Shown here piece by piece: positions 59,727-64,000 of a stretch of DNA of 64,000 nucleotides (positions within the stretch are counted from its first letter, which is position 1; each line of letters opens with the position of its first letter). Source of the stretch: Escherichia coli. Its GTDB lineage: Bacteria; Pseudomonadota; Gammaproteobacteria; Enterobacterales; Enterobacteriaceae. Below the pieces are notes generated by a model. That model was not told the origin of the DNA. It saw nothing but the letters and a program-made list of their open reading frames with translations, and searched no databases. The DNA lies in NCBI RefSeq assembly GCF_001677475.2, contig NZ_CP015229.1, one strand, 5' to 3'. The position numbers and the translations under genes are program-made.

Positions 59727-59993
59727 ATGAAACCAAGTCAGTTAATTGATCGTGCCAGAAATAAAGGTCATCAAGTAGGACAATATCTCGATGATAATTC
59801 TGCTGCTGATTTTATTGCTTCTGTTGCCAAAAAAGGTCCGGGTGTGCATGATGTGCCATTGCCTACAAATATAAAAGGTCGAGGTTATTTGCCTGATGGG
59901 ACAGAGGTCGTTCCAGATATGGCAAGGGTTGTTGTAAAACCCGATGGTTCTGTACGAACATCGTTCCCATTCAATTCATCACACACCAACTAA
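59727..59993 (+). CDS. Hypothetical protein, possibly the distal part of an orphan toxin split by the ISAs1 insertion
   Basis: 88-aa ORF starting 70 nt after the H-rpt transposase stop, followed by an immunity-like ORF. Confidence 0.35.
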   Translation: MKPSQLIDRARNKGHQVGQYLDDNSAADFIASVAKKGPGVHDVPLPTNIKGRGYLPDGTEVVPDMARVVVKPDGSVRTSFPFNSSHTN

Positions 59994-60010
59994 AGTAATG
60001 AAGGGTATAT

Positions 60011-60391
60011 ATGAATGAAATAGATAAGATCTGTAGTGAACTTGGCGTACCAGTTGGTGATAAGTTTACACAAGATTGGGCTTATGAACTGCCTGAAAAA
60101 TATCGAACTAAAGAGTGGCTAAGTAAATACATTGCTGCATACTTAAACAATGGCTACTCCCAAAAAGGGAAGACTGAATTAATGACTTTAGCCCTTGATG
60201 TCTGTAATGATTTATTATCTTCTGGAGTACCCCCATCAGATGAGGTTATTATAAAAGTACTCAACGCCCTGCGTGATAATTACAAAAATCATATAGATCT
60301 TATTAATTATTGGTCCTTGGATGATGAATCTTTAGATGACAGTTTTGCATTAACTCCTGAAATAAGGGAGCTAAAAAGAAGATTGATTTAG
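60011..60391 (+). CDS. Putative immunity protein
   Basis: AT-rich 126-aa ORF followed by the shared hairpin terminator and a convergent symE-like gene. Confidence 0.45.
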   Translation: MNEIDKICSELGVPVGDKFTQDWAYELPEKYRTKEWLSKYIAAYLNNGYSQKGKTELMTLALDVCNDLLSSGVPPSDEVIIKVLNALRDNYKNHIDLINYWSLDDESLDDSFALTPEIRELKRRLI

Positions 60392-60452
60392 GATTATAAT
60401 ATTATTAAGTTATAAAAAGCCGGGAATATAATCTTCCCGGCTTTTTTATTAT

Positions 60453-60695
60453 TTAACTCTCGTTCAGCACACTAAACATCCCGTCACGCATCCCCTTAAC
60501 CGCCTGTTTAACCTGATAAAGTTCCCTGCGCAGTTCCTGTACTTCGTTGTTATCCGCGAGCAGGATCAGGCAACCTTCCGAGATCTTCACGGTAACGCCC
60601 GTACCGATCTCAAATCCCGCTTCTCTCAGCCATTTGGCGCTGATTTTGATCACCGGCGTGTCGCTGCGGTTGGGCAGATGCTGCGCTGGCAGCAC
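60453..60695 (-). CDS. SymE-like protein, paralog with replaced 5' end
   Basis: Near-identical to the 57837-58070 copy from codon ~5 onward; upstream sequence replaced by the rhs core fragment at ~60700. Confidence 0.5.
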   Translation of the reverse strand: MLPAQHLPNRSDTPVIKISAKWLREAGFEIGTGVTVKISEGCLILLADNNEVQELRRELYQVKQAVKGMRDGMFSVLNES

Positions 60696-60704
60696 GACGG
60701 CAGA

Positions 60705-62083
60705 GCCAGACGTACCGTTACAACGCGCTGAACGCGGTCACGGAAGTGGTGTTCACCGGGGACCGGGGCGGTGAAATCCGCCACCGGCTGGCACGTGATG
60801 CGGCGGGCCGGCTCACGGCAAAGGAGACAGCCGATAGCCGAACGGAATACGTCCATGATGCGGCAGACCAGCTACTGGAAATCCGCCGCCGACGGTCGGA
60901 TGCCGGGGAAATGGACGCACCGGAGATTATCCGTTTCAGTTACGACAGACTGGGGCGGATGCTGACTGAGGAGACGGCGCAGGGCGTCCTGACCCATCAG
61001 TACGATGAACTCAGCAACCGGACAGCCACCACCTTTCCGGACGGCAGAACGCAGCGTCATCTGTACTACGGCAGCGGCCATCTCCAGCAGATAAATCTGG
61101 ACCGGGAGGTCATCAGCGAGTTCACACGTGACGCCCTGCACCGGGAAGTGCTCAGAAGTCAGGGGCGACTGAGCACGCGGCAGCTTTATGACCCCGCCGG
61201 GCGGCTGAAGCGCAGGGAGACATACAGCGGGATGCGCGGGGTGGTACCGGAGACGTTCACGGACCGGCAGTACAGCTACAGCGGCGAGGATGAACTGCTG
61301 AAGACGCGGCACAGCCGGCGGGGGGAAACGGATTACTTCTACGACCCCACGGGGCGCATCACGGCGTGCCGCTCGGAGGATGAGGGGTATCTGGCGAGCT
61401 GGCAGTACGACGCGGCGGGAAACCTGCTGGGGAGGCGCGCGGGGGAAAGGGCCACGGCAGAAAACAGCGTGGTGCCGTTCAACCGGCTGATGTCTTACCG
61501 TGGTGTGCACTACCGTTATGACGAATTTGGCCGGACGGTGGAAAAGGAGGGCCGGAGCGGCACGCAGAGTTACCGTTATGATGCGGAACACCGGATGGTG
61601 GAAGTGACGACAGCGCGGGGGACATACCGGTATGTGTACGATGCGCTGGGGAGGCGGACGGAAAAACAGCACATCAGCCCTGACGGTAAAGCGTACAACC
61701 GGACGACATTTTTATGGGACGGAATGCGGCTGGCGCAGGAGAGCAGGCCGGAGGGAATAAGTAGCCTGTATATCTACAGCGACCCGGGGAGTTATGAACC
61801 GCTGGCGCGGGTGGATAAGGCGGGCAAAGAGGGCCCGAACCGGATACTGTATTTTCACACGGATGTGAACGGTGCGCCGGAAGAGATGACGGACAGTGAC
61901 GGGAAAATCGTGTGGGAGACGGGGTATCAGGTCTGGGGTAACACGATACAGGAGAAGGACCACGGCGGGGTGGAGCAGAACCTGCGCTACCAGGGACAGT
62001 ACCTCGACAGGGAAACGGGGCTGCACTACAATCTGCACAGGTACTATGATCCGGATGTCGGGCGGTTCATGGTAACGGACCCG
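60705..62083 (+). repeat. Near-identical direct repeat of the main rhs core 3' region (50914-52292)
   Basis: Nucleotide and protein near-identity to the main rhs over ~1.38 kb with a handful of substitutions (read by eye). Confidence 0.8.
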
Positions 62084-62518
62084 ATAGGGCTGAGAGGCGG
62101 ATTAAACTTATACCAATACGCGCCTAATCCGTTAAGCTGGATCGATCCTCTTGGATTAAGTGCCGCCTCTGATTTACCTCAATTAAAAGGAAGATCCCCA
62201 GGGGCAATAGGTTCTATTCTTACTGATAATGGATTCAATTTAGATAAACAAACAAGTACCGGGAATCAGACTTGGAGCCACGCCGATGGTTCTAAAGTTC
62301 GTGTCGATCCCTATGGAAACCAAAGTATGACTATGAAAAACGGTGATCCATTACCGAAATCAGGAGCTAACGCACATGTGCATAAATATGATCCCGGTGA
62401 GATACCGCTGAATGACAGAGGCATTCCGAGTACAAATCCAAATGAAACACATATAGGGATCAGGAATCCAAATGATTATTCTACAAAACGAGGGCGGGCC
62501 CATGGGTGCGGCGTATAA
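60746..62518 (+). CDS. Orphan Rhs fragment: C-terminal part of YD-repeat core plus an alternative C-terminal toxin tip
   Basis: 590-aa ORF; first ~455 aa match the main Rhs, ending [27 protein letters not shown], then a unique ~120-aa tip. Confidence 0.8.
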   Translation: MVFTGDRGGEIRHRLARDAAGRLTAKETADSRTEYVHDAADQLLEIRRRRSDAGEMDAPEIIRFSYDRLGRMLTEETAQGVLTHQYDELSNRTATTFPDGRTQRHLYYGSGHLQQINLDREVISEFTRDALHREVLRSQGRLSTRQLYDPAGRLKRRETYSGMRGVVPETFTDRQYSYSGEDELLKTRHSRRGETDYFYDPTGRITACRSEDEGYLASWQYDAAGNLLGRRAGERATAENSVVPFNRLMSYRGVHYRYDEFGRTVEKEGRSGTQSYRYDAEHRMVEVTTARGTYRYVYDALGRRTEKQHISPDGKAYNRTTFLWDGMRLAQESRPEGISSLYIYSDPGSYEPLARVDKAGKEGPNRILYFHTDVNGAPEEMTDSDGKIVWETGYQVWGNTIQEKDHGGVEQNLRYQGQYLDRETGLHYNLHRYYDPDVGRFMVTDPIGLRGGLNLYQYAPNPLSWIDPLGLSAASDLPQLKGRSPGAIGSILTDNGFNLDKQTSTGNQTWSHADGSKVRVDPYGNQSMTMKNGDPLPKSGANAHVHKYDPGEIPLNDRGIPSTNPNETHIGIRNPNDYSTKRGRAHGCGV

Positions 62519-62530
62519 GGTAAGAAATTA

Positions 62531-62815
62531 ATGAGTGTTGAATATGTTATACATGTCGATGATAAAGTAGATAATTTACTTTCTTTTATTGTCGAGAGAA
62601 TAAAGGAAAATCAACCATCCTCTCGAATTAATACTGACGGTTCACTTTGGATTCCATCTAGCTATTCAAATTGGATTGATTTTTCAATAGAAGACCATGA
62701 GGATGGTTTTTTTATTGTAAATAATTTAAATGGAAGTGATAGAGATAAATTATTTTCACTGATATTTACTGCCTTTCATGAATTATCTATAAAATATGAA
62801 ATAGAAGAAGTCTAA
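62531..62815 (+). CDS. Putative immunity protein for the orphan toxin tip at 62120-62518
   Basis: AT-rich 94-aa ORF 12 nt downstream of the toxin stop. Confidence 0.5.
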   Translation: MSVEYVIHVDDKVDNLLSFIVERIKENQPSSRINTDGSLWIPSSYSNWIDFSIEDHEDGFFIVNNLNGSDRDKLFSLIFTAFHELSIKYEIEEV

Positions 62816-62828
62816 TGAAAGCCGGGTT

Positions 62829-62880
62829 TTTGGACTGACCCCATAAAGTTGGACACCCAACTGATTAAGGTGCAGTCCAA
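62829..62880. mobile_element. Miniature inverted-repeat element resembling back-to-back IS3-family terminal repeats, inserted in a terminator loop
   Basis: TTGGACTGACCCCATAAAGTTGGACA ... CAGTCCAA; resembles the IS IR TGAACTGCACCCCAAATGTTGGACA at 1044; the other three hairpin copies lack this ~52-bp segment. Confidence 0.4.
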
Positions 62881-62902
62881 CATATTCCCGGCTTTTTATT
62901 AT

Positions 62903-63136
62903 TTAACTCTCGTTCAGTACACTAAATATCCCGTCACGCATACCCTTAACCACCTGTTTAACCTGATAAAGTTCCCTGCGCAGTTCCTGTACTTCGTTGT
63001 TATCTGCAAGCAGGATCTGGCAGCCTTCCGAGATCTTCACGGTAACGCCCGTGCCGATCTCAAATCCCGCTTCTCTCAGCCATTTTGCGCTGATTTTGAT
63101 TACCGGCGTGTCGCTGCGGTTGGGCAGATAACCCAC
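62903..63136 (-). CDS. SymE-like protein, short paralog (77 aa)
   Basis: Near-identical to the 57837-58070 copy. Confidence 0.55.
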   Translation of the reverse strand: MGYLPNRSDTPVIKISAKWLREAGFEIGTGVTVKISEGCQILLADNNEVQELRRELYQVKQVVKGMRDGIFSVLNES

Positions 63137-63329
63137 GGTACAGTGGCGCTGTGTTTTGGAAATGATATTTTTGTATTTAACCTGCTGATTAGATAGTAAA
63201 ATAAACTTCGTGCAGATAGCTTACTTTATCAGGGTGTGGCGGTAGCGTATGAACTATGATGCGGTGGTTTCAGGAATGTACGTACAAAATCGATAGTACG
63301 ATCCTCCAATCAGGTAGATTTGCTGCCCT

Positions 63330-63734
63330 GATCCGATAGGGCTAAGAGGCGGGCTGAACCTGTATGCTTATGCGCCTAATCCGCTGAAATATATTGATCC
63401 ACTCGGATTAAAAAAAGAGCTCTGTAATGGAACTACTCGTGTGCGGCATTATACTAATCGTAAAGGTTCAAATGCGATTGCTGAAAGTGGGATAATTAAG
63501 GCGCATGATAACGGTCGTGTATATTTGGAACCTGCGAATAAAAAACCACTCAGTCAAGTAGACATAGAGGCGAAATATCAAATAGGTCGTGGGAAAGGTA
63601 GAGATTATGTGGATACAGATGTATCTAACGAGCAATTAGAGTGGGTAACAAACCCTCGATATCATATAGATGAATTGACTGTGAAAGGTGATATTATTCT
63701 TTCTGAAAATGCAAAAATAACTCGGCGTAAATAA
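63330..63734 (+). CDS. Orphan Rhs C-terminal toxin module
   Basis: Opens with DPIGLRGGLNLYAYAPNPLKYIDPLGL then a unique ~105-aa domain. Confidence 0.6.
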   Translation, partial: DPIGLRGGLNLYAYAPNPLKYIDPLGLKKELCNGTTRVRHYTNRKGSNAIAESGIIKAHDNGRVYLEPANKKPLSQVDIEAKYQIGRGKGRDYVDTDVSNEQLEWVTNPRYHIDELTVKGDIILSENAKITRRK

Positions 63735-63735
63735 T

Positions 63736-64000
63736 ATGAATAAAAACAATGATGTAATTAATATACCCGGAAAGGATGCCCTTTATATTCTAAGTGAGGT
63801 AGAGTACATATTGATATCACTTAAGAATATTGCAAGGTATTATTTCAATGGTATAGAACAGAACGTTATTGATGATAAATTGTTGAATTCTTACTTTAAA
63901 GAAACCACTAAATTTATTGATGATAAAAATATTACACATCGATTGGCTGAAATAAGAAGGGTTATTACTGAAAATTTTAATACTGATCTTGGAGATGATG
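63736..64000 (+). CDS. Putative immunity protein (3' end beyond window)
   Basis: AT-rich ORF starting 1 nt after the orphan toxin stop; open to window end. Confidence 0.45.
   Translation, partial: MNKNNDVINIPGKDALYILSEVEYILISLKNIARYYFNGIEQNVIDDKLLNSYFKETTKFIDDKNITHRLAEIRRVITENFNTDLGDD

Overview
This 64-kb window is an Escherichia coli chromosomal segment collinear with the K-12 djlC-hscC-rihA-gltLKJI-lnt-corC-ybeYZ-miaB-ubiF-tRNA(metT operon)-asnB-umpH-nagCAB/nagE-glnS-chiPQ-fur-fldA-ybfEF-seqA-pgm-potE-speF-kdpEDCBAF-ybfA region, ending in an rhs locus. All annotation is by reading the sequence and the supplied ORF track against recalled protein families; no database search was run. Positions 1-47,050 are ordinary core genome with three things worth noting: an IS150-like IS3-family element with an amber-interrupted transposase inserted into a palindrome between djlC and hscC, seven tRNA genes, and an intact speFL leader ORF upstream of speF. 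The accessory region (47.1-64 kb) is the main point of interest. It holds a complete prePAAR-type Rhs effector with an overlapping immunity gene, followed by a chain of orphan rhs C-terminal toxin/immunity modules. Each module ends in the same hairpin terminator and is followed by a convergent SymE-like (AbrB-fold, type I toxin family) gene; four such paralogs are present. Embedded in the array are a GC-rich insert carrying a 5'-truncated unknown ORF and a frameshifted tyrosine recombinase, an ISAs1/H-repeat element, a 1.4-kb near-identical duplicate of the rhs core, and a small MITE-like element. No T6SS structural genes or intact Eag chaperone are visible in the window.
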